Assembly: GCA_965277285.1 (NCBI GenBank)
Contig: OZ255721.1
Location: 640,001-704,000 of the forward strand
Direction of reading: 5' to 3'
Origin: Abditibacteriaceae bacterium
Lineage (GTDB): Bacteria > Armatimonadota > Abditibacteriia > Abditibacteriales > Abditibacteriaceae
DNA: 64,000 nt
The position numbers and the translations under genes are program-made. The notes beneath the pieces are model-generated. The model worked only from the letters and a program-made list of their open reading frames with translations. It was not told the DNA's origin and did not search any database. Of this stretch, positions 38,087 to 48,284 are shown one piece after another. Numbering within the stretch: position 1 is the first letter of the stretch; every line of letters starts with the position of its first letter.

Positions 38087-38704
38087 TCATTTCGGCAAAC
38101 ATTTGACTTTCGGCGGCAGCGGCGCGCCCATTGTTGGTTCGCCCATCATCAGTTGCGTTAGCCGCGCTTTGCCTGTTTTACTCTTTTTTGGCGCATTGAC
38201 TTTCGGCTTGCCCCTTGTCGGCGACGGTGTTCGTGGCACGACGGCGACGGCGCCCGTCATGGTCGAAAGGGGTTGCGGACTCAATTTGTTGACCAGCACG
38301 CCGACAACCGGCGTGTTGCGCAATGAATCGACAAGGTTCGATTTGACGGAATGCGTTCCCGCCAATGCTGCGCTGACCATCAAAAACGGCGCGGCGAGAA
38401 TCGTCAATAGCGCAACCGAAACGCGTCCGCGACGGCGCGGATTTTTCGTTCCGACCGGACAATTGGTCGTCAACATCGTGCCATCAGCGCGCTGGAAAAA
38501 GCGCACGCACAATTGACCTTCTTTTTCGCGTATCAACGTTTCGGCTTCCAGTCGCGTCATGCTCGACAAGTTGTAAACGTTTTTGGCGCATGAACCGCAA
38601 AAACGACTTTTGTCGTCGCCCTGCATTTTGTCCCAGTCGGCGCGGCACGGCGTGGCAATACAAATTTCTTCCAAAGCGATGAATTGAGTACCCATTTTCT
38701 TCAC
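38087..38704 (-). CDS. Hypothetical protein with Cys-rich N-terminal module and one TM segment
   Basis: PC.ADW..M.GD...RFC..C.KNVYNLS.MT..EA..L.......LCVR. Confidence 0.75.
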   Translation of the reverse strand: MKKMGTQFIALEEICIATPCRADWDKMQGDDKSRFCGSCAKNVYNLSSMTRLEAETLIREKEGQLCVRFFQRADGTMLTTNCPVGTKNPRRRGRVSVALLTILAAPFLMVSAALAGTHSVKSNLVDSLRNTPVVGVLVNKLSPQPLSTMTGAVAVVPRTPSPTRGKPKVNAPKKSKTGKARLTQLMMGEPTMGAPLPPKVKCLPK

Positions 38705-38782
38705 TCTCCTGCATCACTCGACCGCGAAGCATTTATTTTTGTTCCCGGCTAATATCGAGTACTCGAACCTGCAAAAAGACCA

Positions 38783-39088
38783 TCATTTTTTCGTGCTTTC
38801 TAAAGAAATGACTATCGTCGCAATGAAATAACCCAACAGCAAGCTTCCTAAAACCGAAAAACGTAAAAAAGTGGCATTGGCAAGTGACGAACTAACAATC
38901 GTTTCTGGGAAGATGAGCGGAACAAACGAAATTATCCACCATCCAACACCGCGATTAAATAATTGCCACATTAGGCACCACGCCACATATCTCACGACAA
39001 AAGCAACGCACCCAAGCATGAATCCGAAGATTAGAAAATATTTCATCGTGATCGTTTGCGTTTCGCTCACCGGTTCGGAAGTTTTCAT
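38783..39088 (-). CDS. Small membrane hypothetical protein (lower GC)
   Basis: Hydrophobic 101-aa ORF starting 2 nt after the macrodomain stop. Confidence 0.5.
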   Translation of the reverse strand: MKTSEPVSETQTITMKYFLIFGFMLGCVAFVVRYVAWCLMWQLFNRGVGWWIISFVPLIFPETIVSSSLANATFLRFSVLGSLLLGYFIATIVISLESTKK

Positions 39089-39090
39089 AA

Positions 39091-39627
39091 TTACAGCTCG
39101 CCAAGTTTGCGCAATTCTTCTTCATAAATGCGCAAGATTTTTTCATCGAACAAGACAAAGCGCACCAGCCGCAAGCTGCGACCTTCGTTTTTCACGAACT
39201 CGATAACAGTTGTCAGCGCGATTTTGGCCGCATCGCGTATGGGATAACGATAAGCGCCTGTTGACAAACTGGGAAAGGCAACTGAGCAAATCGAGTACTC
39301 GATAGCGATTTTCAGGCTGCTGCGATAAGCGTTCGCCAGCAAAAAGTCTTCGCCTGAAACACCGTTTCGGTAAATCGGCCCGACCGCGTGAATCACATAA
39401 CGCGCCTTCAAATCGCCGCCGGACGTAATGCGCGCCTCGCCCGTTGGACAGCCGCCCATTTTCCGGCATTCCTGCATAATCGTCGGGCCGCCCGCGCGAT
39501 GAATGGCTCCATCAACGCCGCCACCGCCCGCCAAACCGGAGTTGGCCGCATTGACAATCGCCTCGACATCATCCTGCGCGACGATGTTGCCGTGCACCAA
39601 TTCCAATGTTGTGTTGTTGATAATCAT
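39091..39627 (-). CDS. Macrodomain O-acetyl-ADP-ribose deacetylase (YmdB-like)
   Basis: AIVNAANSGLAGGGGVDGAIHRAGG, VIHAVGP, AFPSLSTGAYRYP. Confidence 0.95.
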   Translation of the reverse strand: MIINNTTLELVHGNIVAQDDVEAIVNAANSGLAGGGGVDGAIHRAGGPTIMQECRKMGGCPTGEARITSGGDLKARYVIHAVGPIYRNGVSGEDFLLANAYRSSLKIAIEYSICSVAFPSLSTGAYRYPIRDAAKIALTTVIEFVKNEGRSLRLVRFVLFDEKILRIYEEELRKLGEL

Positions 39628-39676
39628 TATTTAAACCACAGAGACGTAAAGAACACGGATAAAATAATAGTTCGCG

Positions 39677-39761
39677 CATATTTGTAGGGACGCAGAAATC
39701 TGCGTCCGTTGTGTGCAAGTTTGAATCAGCGGACGCAGAAATCTGCGTCCCTACAAATATG
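39677..39761. repeat. GTAG-type REP doublet
   Basis: CATATTTGTAGGGACGCAGAAATCTGCGTCCG ... CGGACGCAGAAATCTGCGTCCCTACAAATATG. Confidence 0.85.
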
Positions 39762-39786
39762 GGCATTCACCTGCGGCGTTTTGTAG

Positions 39787-40896
39787 TTACAAAACGCCGT
39801 GTCGTGTCTCGTCCACGATGAAATCAACGACATCTTCCAGCTTGCTCGTTTGTTGATAAATCTGACGTTGGCGCGTGGCGCCGTTGCCGTTTCCGAGTAC
39901 TCGATCCGCCAGATGCGATACTTCATCCCAATCGTTGGCGGCTTCCAGCGCGGGACGGACAAATTGCAGCAATTGGCCGATCAATTCGGGCGCGAAAACG
40001 CTTTTTCCCGCGTGAACATCAATCAATCCTTCGTCGATGCCATAACGCGCGGCGCGCCATTCTGCGGCGCGCAAAAGTTCCGGTCGAACTGGAACGAAAA
40101 CCGCGTCGCGTTCGCGGTCAGCGACAGCCGCATCGTAGCACGTTTGCGCCAGAGAGCGCACCAAACCCGCGATGAGAACCGCGTCGTCCACGCTCAAGCC
40201 GATGTCGGTCGCGCGAAATTCCAGCGTGTCGAAGCGGTCGGCAGGACGCATATCCCAGTAGATTTTTGTTTCATCGGAAATGCTGCCGGTTTCCACCAGA
40301 ACGCGCACCAGCGCATCGTATTCAGCGCGCGAAGAGAAAACCTGCGGGCTTCCGGCCATCGGCCAGCGGCGCCAAATCTCCGTCCGAAAACTGGCGTAAC
40401 CTGTATCGTCGCCCTGCCAGAACGGAGAGTTTGCTGCCAGCGCTACCAAAGACGCCAGCCAGCCGCGCGCCCGATTCATCACGTCAATCGCGAGTTCGTG
40501 GTCGCCGATTCCGACGTGAACGTGGCAGCCGCAAATCATGTGTTCGCGCGCGATTTGCTGATAATCTTGCGCCATATCGAGATAGCGCGATTTGGGCGTG
40601 ATTTCTTGTTCGTCGGCGCGCGAAAACGGATGCGTGCTGGTCGCCAATATCTTCAAGCCGTGTTTTTCTGCGGTTTCGATGACGCCGCGCCGCAAGCGCA
40701 CGATTTGCTCGCGCACTTCATTCAACGTGTTGCAAACCGGCGTGCCTATTTCGATTTGCGACAGAAACAGTTCATTTGCCGCCTGTTCTTCCACGTCATC
40801 GGGCAAGGCGTGCAAAAGGCGCGAACCGCGCGGCTCCAAGGCTCGCGTCTGCGCATTCACAATCTGATATTCTTCTTCGACGCCGATAGTAAACAT
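39787..40896 (-). CDS. Carboxylate-amine ligase / glutamate-cysteine ligase 2 (YbdK family)
   Basis: FTIGVEEEYQIV, GCHVHVG, ANSPFW.G.DTGYAS.R, YWD.RP, TLEFR.TD. Confidence 0.93.
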   Translation of the reverse strand: MFTIGVEEEYQIVNAQTRALEPRGSRLLHALPDDVEEQAANELFLSQIEIGTPVCNTLNEVREQIVRLRRGVIETAEKHGLKILATSTHPFSRADEQEITPKSRYLDMAQDYQQIAREHMICGCHVHVGIGDHELAIDVMNRARGWLASLVALAANSPFWQGDDTGYASFRTEIWRRWPMAGSPQVFSSRAEYDALVRVLVETGSISDETKIYWDMRPADRFDTLEFRATDIGLSVDDAVLIAGLVRSLAQTCYDAAVADRERDAVFVPVRPELLRAAEWRAARYGIDEGLIDVHAGKSVFAPELIGQLLQFVRPALEAANDWDEVSHLADRVLGNGNGATRQRQIYQQTSKLEDVVDFIVDETRHGVL

Positions 40897-40904
40897 AATT
40901 TTTG

Positions 40905-41037
40905 AACCACAGATGAACACGGATAAACACAGATTGGAAAGAGATTTTTGATTGTAGGAACTCGAATCGAGTACTCGAATCAAAGACCAAAGCAGAAAGC
41001 TCAAACCCTCCGTGTTTATCCGTGTCCATCTGTGGTT
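40905..41037. repeat. Inverted 9-mer-unit repeat (AACCACAGATGAACACGGAT family) enclosing a palindrome copy
   Basis: AACCACAGATGAACACGGATAAACACAGA ... TCCGTGTTTATCCGTGTCCATCTGTGGTT. Confidence 0.82.
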
Positions 41038-42320
41038 TATTTCACTTGAATCAATTCTTCCGTCAGTCGATGTTTCTGAGTTTGCGCGGCGGTCACGACT
41101 TCTTCGCGCGCCATAATATCGAGGTTTTGTGCGTTGTGACCTTTGTTGGCGTTCTGCTCGACCAGCAAACCTTCCACGCTCGAAACGCCTTCCAAGCCGC
41201 GCGACACGACGTTGTATAACGGATCACGCTCGACGGGTTCTCGTCCCGCTTCCAAAATCATTTCGACCAACTGGCGACTGGTCAAAACCTGTTTGCGGTC
41301 GCGGCTGGGGTCGCGGATAATTTCGTATTCCATGATGGTTCCGTCCACATCATCGGCGCCATACCAGAGGGCGCTTTGCGTAACCGGCGCCGTATTCATA
41401 ATCCAGAAACTTTTGATGTGCGGAAAGTTGTCCAGCATCAAACGCGCGACGGCGATTTCACGCAAATCTTCCACGCCTGTTGGCGGCGCAATATGTTCCA
41501 AAGCGGTTTTTTCGGGATGCCAACTCAGCGGAATCATCGTCAAGAAGCCGCCTCGAGTACTCGATAACGATTCGTCCTGCGTTTCGCGCAACTTGATGAA
41601 ATGCTCGACTTTTTCCGGCGTTTGCTCGACGTGACCATAAAGCAAAGTCGCGTTTGTTTTCAGTCCGGCGCGGTGCGCGATTTTCGCCAGTTCGAGCCAG
41701 CGTTCGGCGTTTGGCTTGGCGGCAAACAAATCTTCGTGAACGCGCTCGCTCATCACTTCGGCGCCGCCGCCCGGAAGCGCATCCAAACCGCAGGCTTTCA
41801 AATCTTCAAAAACTTCTTCGGCACTTTTCTTGGAGGCGCGCACGATTTGGTCGATTTCCACCATCGTGAACGCCTTGATATGCGCTTTAGGACGCGCTTC
41901 TTTGATGGCGCGCAACAATTCGAGGTAATAACTGTAAGGCAGTTTCGGGTTGACGCCGCCGACAACATGAATTTCTGTAATCGGCACATCGAGATAATTA
42001 GAGACTTTCTGCGCCGCTTGTTCGGGCGACATCACATAAGCGCGCGCGTCGTCTTTGGGCTTCGCGTAAAACGAGCAAAACAAACAGCCTTTGTTGCAAA
42101 CATTGGTGTAATTGACGTGCTGGTTGCGCACCCAATACGCGATGTTGCCGTTCAAACGCTCGCGCACAATGTTCGCCAGATAACCGACGACGTTTAGTTG
42201 CGGCGTCGCATAAAGTCGCAAGCCGTCCTCGAAACTCAAACGTTGTCGTTCGAGTACTCGATTGTGAATATCGCCCAAATTCGCCGCTTCAATCGCGCGC
42301 CGCCAGATCAGTGAAGTCAT
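41037..42320 (-). CDS. mqnE: Aminofutalosine synthase (radical SAM)
   Basis: N.HVNYTNVC...C.FCSF, EIHVVGG, HIKAFT.VEI, LPGGGAE, NATLLYGHVE, DNFPHIKSFW. Confidence 0.88.
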   Translation of the reverse strand: MTSLIWRRAIEAANLGDIHNRVLERQRLSFEDGLRLYATPQLNVVGYLANIVRERLNGNIAYWVRNQHVNYTNVCNKGCLFCSFYAKPKDDARAYVMSPEQAAQKVSNYLDVPITEIHVVGGVNPKLPYSYYLELLRAIKEARPKAHIKAFTMVEIDQIVRASKKSAEEVFEDLKACGLDALPGGGAEVMSERVHEDLFAAKPNAERWLELAKIAHRAGLKTNATLLYGHVEQTPEKVEHFIKLRETQDESLSSTRGGFLTMIPLSWHPEKTALEHIAPPTGVEDLREIAVARLMLDNFPHIKSFWIMNTAPVTQSALWYGADDVDGTIMEYEIIRDPSRDRKQVLTSRQLVEMILEAGREPVERDPLYNVVSRGLEGVSSVEGLLVEQNANKGHNAQNLDIMAREEVVTAAQTQKHRLTEELIQVK

Positions 42321-42466
42321 AAGATTTCCTTCGTCGTTCTCTCCATCTTACCACAGCAAACGAGTGGATTTGGCTTGCGTTGCGCTGTTCTGTGAAAATT
42401 TTCACAGAACTGTGATTAGTGTTGCATTCGCTTGTTAATGTTCCGAAATGCGGCGATGCTAAAACG

Positions 42467-43078
42467 ATGGGAACAGACATTCATGCTTTCATCGAGTTTG
42501 ACGATAATTTAACCAGTGAACCGTTTGCAGAAGGAAATTGGATCAGCAGCCTAAGTTGTGGCGAATTTTGCATTCAGCGGAACTATGATTTATTTGACGC
42601 TTTGGGAAATGGCAGAAACTACCACTTCAAAGAATCAGAAATACAACAACGAGCGTTGTATCCGCCGCGTGGTGTCCCCGCCAATTTAAGCGAGATCGTC
42701 ATTTCACGCTATTACCATCTGGTTGATGATAATCTGGGATTTGCAAATTCGCTTTTGCCTGTTTTGCCTTCTGTCACAGGCGAACAAGCGCGTCTTTGGG
42801 TGAAGCAAGGCGTGTCCCATTGTGGAAAGCCATTTATGACCGATAATCGAGGTAATGGAAGAAAATCCAAAGAAATAGAACGGCGGCGCGTGTCCGATCC
42901 AGCTTGGCATTCCGCGAGTTGGTTGACGCTGGCGGAGGTTTATGATTCTCTGGCTCATTTCAATTTGGAAGTCGCAAAATTGTCGGTCGATTTTCAAGTC
43001 ATCTTAGGAGCCATGAACGATTTAGCAACGCGACTTGGAGCGGAACGAGTTCATCTTGTCTTTTGGTTCGATAATTGA
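42467..43078 (+). CDS. Hypothetical protein (MGTDIH...FWFDN pattern), lower GC
   Basis: N-terminal MGTDIHAFIE, RNYDLF.AL, PRG.P, HSASWLTL.E, C-terminal LVFWFDN. Confidence 0.75.
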   Translation: MGTDIHAFIEFDDNLTSEPFAEGNWISSLSCGEFCIQRNYDLFDALGNGRNYHFKESEIQQRALYPPRGVPANLSEIVISRYYHLVDDNLGFANSLLPVLPSVTGEQARLWVKQGVSHCGKPFMTDNRGNGRKSKEIERRRVSDPAWHSASWLTLAEVYDSLAHFNLEVAKLSVDFQVILGAMNDLATRLGAERVHLVFWFDN

Positions 43079-43104
43079 ATTTAAGTGCTTCCTGCCAACA
43101 CCGC

Positions 43105-43542
43105 TCAACTTTCCAGAATCGCCAGCGCGCCGCGATATTTTTCTAATCGCTTGAAATCTTTTTCTGTTGGTTGCGCGATGCGACTGAGGTTCATGTTGTC
43201 GCGTAAATCGGCGATTTTGACTTCGCGCGCAATCGCGTTCTGCTTGATCATTGCGATGTAATTCGAGTACTCGATGTCGTCACTTTTGGTTAAAAGCGCG
43301 ATGGCTTCAATGACTTGCGGCGCGAAGTTCATCTGGCGCAAATCGTCTAAAGTAAAATTGCTATCTTCGACGACATCGTGCAAAACTCCGGCGATTTTGG
43401 CGTTGTCATCGCTGCAATTTGCCATGACGCGCAACGGATGTTCGATGTAATCGGCTCCGGCTTTGTCGGTTTGTCTGGCATGAGCGCGGCGCGCCAGAGC
43501 AATCGCGTCGTCCAAAGTCGCGTGTTCAATTTCAATCTTCAT
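43105..43542 (-). CDS. HD-domain protein, small alarmone hydrolase (RelA/SpoT HD)-like
   Basis: AH..Q.DKAG..YI.HPLRV, LHDVVED, VKIADL.DN. Confidence 0.88.
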   Translation of the reverse strand: MKIEIEHATLDDAIALARRAHARQTDKAGADYIEHPLRVMANCSDDNAKIAGVLHDVVEDSNFTLDDLRQMNFAPQVIEAIALLTKSDDIEYSNYIAMIKQNAIAREVKIADLRDNMNLSRIAQPTEKDFKRLEKYRGALAILES

Positions 43543-43831
43543 AATGGTTCTCCTCGCTGACCAGATCGTCGATTTGCTGCGCCAGCCAGAAATCTTTGTT
43601 GGTCAGGCCTTTTGCGTCGTGCGTGGTCAAAGTCAGCGCGACCTGGTTGTAGCGAATCAAAATGTCGGGATGATGTTCGTTTTGTTGCGCCAGTTCTGCC
43701 ACGCGATTAACGAAAATCATCGCATCGCCAAAATCGCGGAACATCCAGGCGCGACTGATGGTGTCGCCTTGGTGCGTCCATTCGGGAATATTTTCCAGCA
43801 GCAGCGGAACTTCTTTGGAAGAAATTTTCAT
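43532..43831 (-). CDS. phhB: Pterin-4-alpha-carbinolamine dehydratase
   Basis: F.DF..A..FVN.VA, HHPDI...Y..V...LTTHDA.GLT..D. Confidence 0.92.
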   Translation of the reverse strand: MKISSKEVPLLLENIPEWTHQGDTISRAWMFRDFGDAMIFVNRVAELAQQNEHHPDILIRYNQVALTLTTHDAKGLTNKDFWLAQQIDDLVSEENHYED

Positions 43832-44028
43832 GTTGTCCTTAATTGATAAAAGCGCGATGTCGAAGCGATTCGCGGCTCAAGGTGCGGACGAATGACGCGC
43901 TTTCCAACAGTATAAATCGAGTACTCGAAGTGCGGCGTTGTGGTTTGGGAAATCGCCAACGAATGGCGCAGGCAACGTGCTAAAATAAGGCGCAACGTTG
44001 AACGCAATTTCCGTTAAGGATTGAAACT

Positions 44029-45543
44029 ATGTCTTATCTTCTCGGCATCGACATCGGCACCAGCGGTACCAAAGTGATTGCCATAGACGACGAGGGACAT
44101 CTGGCCGCCAGCGCGTCGCGCGAATATGCACTGCTGACGCCGAAACCGTTGTGGGCCGAGCAACATCCCGCCGATTGGTGGAATGCGACCTGCGAATGCT
44201 GCCGCGAAATCACCGCGAAAATTCCTGCCAGCGAAATCGTCGGCATCGGACTTTCGGGTCAAATGCACGGGCTTGTCGCGCTCGATGCACAAAACCAAGT
44301 GTTGCGTCCAGCGATTTTGTGGTGCGATGGCCGCACGCAGGAACAATGCGACTACATCACCGCCAAAGTCGGCCAAGACGTTTTGCTTGAGGAAACCTGC
44401 AATCCGGTTTTGGCGGGCTTTACGGCTCCCAAAATCATCTGGATGCGCGACCACGAGCCACAACTTTACGAACGCGCGCGGATGTTTCTCTTGCCCAAAG
44501 ACTACATTCGCTTTCAATTGACAGGCGAATTTGCGACCGAAGTTTCCGATGCGTCCGGCACATCTTTACTCAACGTTCCACGTCGCCAGTGGAGCAATCG
44601 AGTACTCGATGCGCTGCAAATCAACCGCGACAAGTTGCCGCTCGTGTATGAAAGCTGTGAAGTTAGCGCCCACATTTCGCGCGCGGGTAGCGAAGCCACA
44701 GGTTTGCAGGAAGGCACGCCAGTCGTCGGTGGCGGCGGCGATCAAGCGGCGGGCGCCGTCGGCAACGGCATCGTGCAAAGCGGCGTGATTTCCGTTGCGA
44801 CGGGAACCAGCGGCGTCGTTTTCGCGTTCGCCGATACGCCGAGCGTCGATCCGCAACTGCGCGTTCACACGTTTTGCCACGCGGTGCCCAATAAGTGGCA
44901 CGTCATGGGCGTGATGTTGGCGGCGGGCGGCAGTTTGCGCTGGTTCCGCGACACGCTGGGGCGTCCCGAAATGCGCGTCGCGGGACTGATGAAAGTCGAT
45001 CCTTACGAACTGATCGCGCGCGAGGCCGTGACGGTTCCGGCGGGCAGCGAAGGCTTAATCTTTCTGCCGTATCTGAGTGGCGAACGTACACCACATCCCG
45101 ATCCGCAGGCGCGCGGCGCGTGGATTGGTTTAACGTTGCGCCACACCAAAGCGCACATGGCGCGCGCCGTGATGGAAGGCGTCGCTTTCGGCTTGAAAGA
45201 CAGCCTGGAGATTTTGCGCAGCTTAAATGTTTCGATTGGCAACGTGCGCGCGAACGGCGGCGGCGCGCGCAGCGATGTCTGGCGGCAGATTCAAGCCGAT
45301 ATTTTCGATTTTCCGTTGTCTACAGTCGGCGTCGATGAAGGCCCGGGTTTGGGCGCGGCTCTTTTAGCGGGCGTTGGCGCAGGCGTTTATTCCAGTGTCG
45401 AAGAAGCCTGCTCGCACGTCGTAAAAGTCGTCGGTAGCACGCCCGTCATCCGCGAAAACGCCGAAGCCTATGCGCGTTATTACGAAGTTTATCGTGGCCT
45501 TTATCCAGCCTTGAAAGATTCCTTTGCCGCTTTGGGAAATTAA
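44029..45543 (+). CDS. xylB: Xylulokinase (FGGY family)
   Basis: LGIDIGTSGTK, SGQMHG, RPAILWCDGRT, LLPKDYIR, SDASGT, GGGDQAAGA, FLPYLSGERTP. Confidence 0.93.
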   Translation: MSYLLGIDIGTSGTKVIAIDDEGHLAASASREYALLTPKPLWAEQHPADWWNATCECCREITAKIPASEIVGIGLSGQMHGLVALDAQNQVLRPAILWCDGRTQEQCDYITAKVGQDVLLEETCNPVLAGFTAPKIIWMRDHEPQLYERARMFLLPKDYIRFQLTGEFATEVSDASGTSLLNVPRRQWSNRVLDALQINRDKLPLVYESCEVSAHISRAGSEATGLQEGTPVVGGGGDQAAGAVGNGIVQSGVISVATGTSGVVFAFADTPSVDPQLRVHTFCHAVPNKWHVMGVMLAAGGSLRWFRDTLGRPEMRVAGLMKVDPYELIAREAVTVPAGSEGLIFLPYLSGERTPHPDPQARGAWIGLTLRHTKAHMARAVMEGVAFGLKDSLEILRSLNVSIGNVRANGGGARSDVWRQIQADIFDFPLSTVGVDEGPGLGAALLAGVGAGVYSSVEEACSHVVKVVGSTPVIRENAEAYARYYEVYRGLYPALKDSFAALGN

Positions 45544-45629
45544 CCATGAAGGACGCGAAAAGAAGACATTCGAGTACTCGATTGCGCGGCGGCATGACCG
45601 AACCACGTTGTTGAACGGAGTAGAAGGCG

Positions 45630-46934
45630 ATGGAAATTGATAAAGCAGAAGAGAATGGTAATTGTTGTTCGCACTTGAAATCAGCGGACGCGTTTGGAAG
45701 TGTTTGCCCTCATATCTACGCTGAGCCTGATACAGGGTACAACATTTCTTTTACCGGGCACGACTTGCAATATGACCTGGTTTGCGGCGTGTGTTCGCGG
45801 AACAAGGAAACGGCGCCGGCAACTTTTACACGCCTGTGCGAAAACTGTTTTCAAGCCGTACAACAAGAGAAGGGCTTAGAAGAATGTATTAGCGGACGGC
45901 CGCAAATGCGCGAGCGAGCAAGTTCGCTGCGTTTCATTCATCGAGACGTTTCTTTTGGCGGTTGGAATGAGAAACTGCTTTGTATCCAGCCTGATGAATC
46001 CAGCAAAAGTTCGCGTTGGATTACTTTGTCCGTTGAAGGCAAGATTTTCTCGCTTGATTTCGATGACGAAAAAGCAGTTTTCTTGATGCAACTGCCAGGC
46101 GATTGTCTCGACTTGGATGAAGCAGTAAGTTTGCACCTTTCCGCAAGGTCTAATTTCGTGGCGGTAGTAAATAAAAAAGGCGGAAAGGGTTGCGTCATTC
46201 GTTTGGAAACAAAAAAGATTTCGATGCACTTGAAACGTGGTGATTGTCACAATGAGCCTGGCATTTTTCCAATCGCCTTTTTCGAGAATGACAACCGAAC
46301 TCTTTTAGTACATGGAACGGCATGGAATCGCCTGGATATTTCTGATCCGCTGACAGGCGAACTCCTGACGCAGCGAGAGTTACCGATTTTCGATAAGGAC
46401 GAACCGAGGCAAGAACATTATCTGGACTATTTTCATTGCGGATTAACCGTTTCACCAGACAACAAATGGATCGTCGATAATGGTTGGGTTTGGGCACCTG
46501 CTGGCGTGGTGCGGAGTTGGAATTTGGAAAAGTGGTTGTCTAACGTTTGGGAATCGGAAAATGGCCAAACTGTGCGAGAGTTGTGCGTCCGCGATTATTT
46601 CTGGGATGGCCCGCTCTGTTGGATAGACAATCAAACCTTGGCGGTCTGGGGTTTTGGGCGCGACGACGAGTATCTAATTCCAGCGATCTTATTATTCGAT
46701 GTCGTCTCAGGCAAAAGAATCCAATGGTTTGCTGGGCCACGCGGCGAACTAACATTTGACAAATACCTTTTTTCGTCTTCGCAGGAACACGGAACTTCGA
46801 TTTGGGACATCGCAACGGGTGAAAGACTGCACCACGAAGCGGCGTTCAGTTTCCTCGCTTACCATCGAAACGCGCGGCAATTTGTCACCTATCGTTCCCT
46901 TGGACAATTCCAAATTAGTCATTTAAGTGAGTAA
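45630..46934 (+). CDS. Hypothetical protein, possibly a beta-propeller with Cys-rich N-terminus (lower GC)
   Basis: 434-aa ORF; HGTAWNRLDISDP.TGELLT, LDYFHCGL.VSPD..WIVD.GWVW.P.G. Confidence 0.75.
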   Translation: MEIDKAEENGNCCSHLKSADAFGSVCPHIYAEPDTGYNISFTGHDLQYDLVCGVCSRNKETAPATFTRLCENCFQAVQQEKGLEECISGRPQMRERASSLRFIHRDVSFGGWNEKLLCIQPDESSKSSRWITLSVEGKIFSLDFDDEKAVFLMQLPGDCLDLDEAVSLHLSARSNFVAVVNKKGGKGCVIRLETKKISMHLKRGDCHNEPGIFPIAFFENDNRTLLVHGTAWNRLDISDPLTGELLTQRELPIFDKDEPRQEHYLDYFHCGLTVSPDNKWIVDNGWVWAPAGVVRSWNLEKWLSNVWESENGQTVRELCVRDYFWDGPLCWIDNQTLAVWGFGRDDEYLIPAILLFDVVSGKRIQWFAGPRGELTFDKYLFSSSQEHGTSIWDIATGERLHHEAAFSFLAYHRNARQFVTYRSLGQFQISHLSE

Positions 46935-46936
46935 CT

Positions 46937-47440
46937 ATGAGCAAACACGAATTGCCACATCACGAACTGATAGCGCGCGGCGTCATCATCCAGAACAACG
47001 CGATTTTGGTCAATCGCAACACGAACACGAAGACTGGCGAGAGTTACTGCGCGCTTCCGGGCGGCCACGTTGATGAAGGCGAAAGTTGTCCGCAAGCCTT
47101 TTGCCGCGAAATCGAGGAAGAACTGGGCGCGACTGCCGAAGCCAACGATTTATGTTTTGTGGCTGAAAGCGTGTACGCCGGTCGCCACGATTGGGACGGC
47201 AAGCGCCAGGAAGTCGTGCTTTATTTTTGGGCGAAATTGACCAGCGAACTGCGCGAAGAAAATGGCCAAATCCTCAGCCCGGAAAGTGACAAGAACTTCG
47301 TCTGGCTGCCGCTCTCGCAGTTGGAAGCAACCAATTTACTGCCCAAATCGTTCAAAACCTGGCTGATAAAAAAGTTGGATATTGACGCGCCTTCGAGCAA
47401 CCTTCCTTTGTATGACTTCCACGATTCCACGCGCGCCTGA
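46937..47440 (+). CDS. NUDIX hydrolase
   Basis: LPGGHVDEGES...A..REIEEELG Nudix box. Confidence 0.92.
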   Translation: MSKHELPHHELIARGVIIQNNAILVNRNTNTKTGESYCALPGGHVDEGESCPQAFCREIEEELGATAEANDLCFVAESVYAGRHDWDGKRQEVVLYFWAKLTSELREENGQILSPESDKNFVWLPLSQLEATNLLPKSFKTWLIKKLDIDAPSSNLPLYDFHDSTRA

Positions 47441-48140
47441 AACTTCCGAAACGTTCAATCGAGTACTCGACTCGCCTTTGATTCAGTTGCGCGAGGTGAC
47501 AAAAACGTATTCTGTCGAAGGCCGCGAAGTGCAAGCCTTAAAAGGCGTCGATTTACAAGTTGCGCGCGGCGAGTTCCTAGCGCTGGTTGGGCGCAGCGGT
47601 TGTGGAAAAAGCACTTTGCTCAATTTGCTGGGCGGCTTGGACAAACCAACGTCCGGCAAAGTTTTGGTGAGCGACAAAAACCTCGCTACGATGAACGATA
47701 CGCAATTGACGCGTTATCGCCGCGAAACCGTCGGCATCGTGTTTCAGTTTTTCAACTTGATGCCGCTCTTGACGACATTGGAAAACGCGGTTTTACCGGC
47801 GCTTCTGGCCGGCAAAAACAAGCGCCAAAGTCTCGAACATGCGCGCCAACTGCTTGACAAAGTCGGCTTGTCGCATCGCATCGAACAGCAGGTTTCCTTG
47901 CTTTCCGGCGGCGAAATGCAACGTGTCGCGCTCGCTCGCGCGCTGATTAACGATCCCGAACTGATTTTGGCAGACGAACCGACCGGCAATCTCGATTCTC
48001 GTAGCGCCGAACCAGTTCTGAACGCCCTCCGCGACCTGGCGCAAAGTGGCAAAACCGTCGTCATGGTGACGCATTCGCGCGAAGCCGCCACCGCCGGAAC
48101 GCTCGTCCGCGAAATGCGCGACGGTTCTTTTATAGATTGA
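47412..48140 (+). CDS. ABC transporter ATP-binding protein (LolD/MacB-like)
   Basis: [45 protein letters not shown]. Confidence 0.95.
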   Translation: MTSTIPRAPETSETFNRVLDSPLIQLREVTKTYSVEGREVQALKGVDLQVARGEFLALVGRSGCGKSTLLNLLGGLDKPTSGKVLVSDKNLATMNDTQLTRYRRETVGIVFQFFNLMPLLTTLENAVLPALLAGKNKRQSLEHARQLLDKVGLSHRIEQQVSLLSGGEMQRVALARALINDPELILADEPTGNLDSRSAEPVLNALRDLAQSGKTVVMVTHSREAATAGTLVREMRDGSFID

Positions 48141-48281
48141 CCGCGAAGAGCGCGAAGGGAAAAAGAGGAAAGGGATGATCTGTACAGGCGATTCGGCGAA
48201 TCGCCCGTGCGTTGCGCTACCAAGTACGCGATATTTATCAATCTCTTCTTTTCCCTTCGCACTCTTTGCGTCCTTCGCGGT
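48140..48281. repeat. Inverted 9-mer-unit repeat with a nested GTAC-type hairpin at 48182-48210
   Basis: ACCGCGAAGAGCGCGAAGGGA ... TCCCTTCGCACTCTTTGCGTCCTTCGCGGT; inner GTACAGGCGATTCGGCGAATCGCCCGTGC. Confidence 0.7.
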
Positions 48282-48284
48282 GAT

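Noticed and set aside
1694..41004. Extended N-termini in the ORF track (e.g. starts at 2857, 14775, 18572, 31166, 36467, 41004)
   Set aside because: They run through upstream genes, repeats or palindromes; downstream starts with an RBS and family-typical N-termini fit better.
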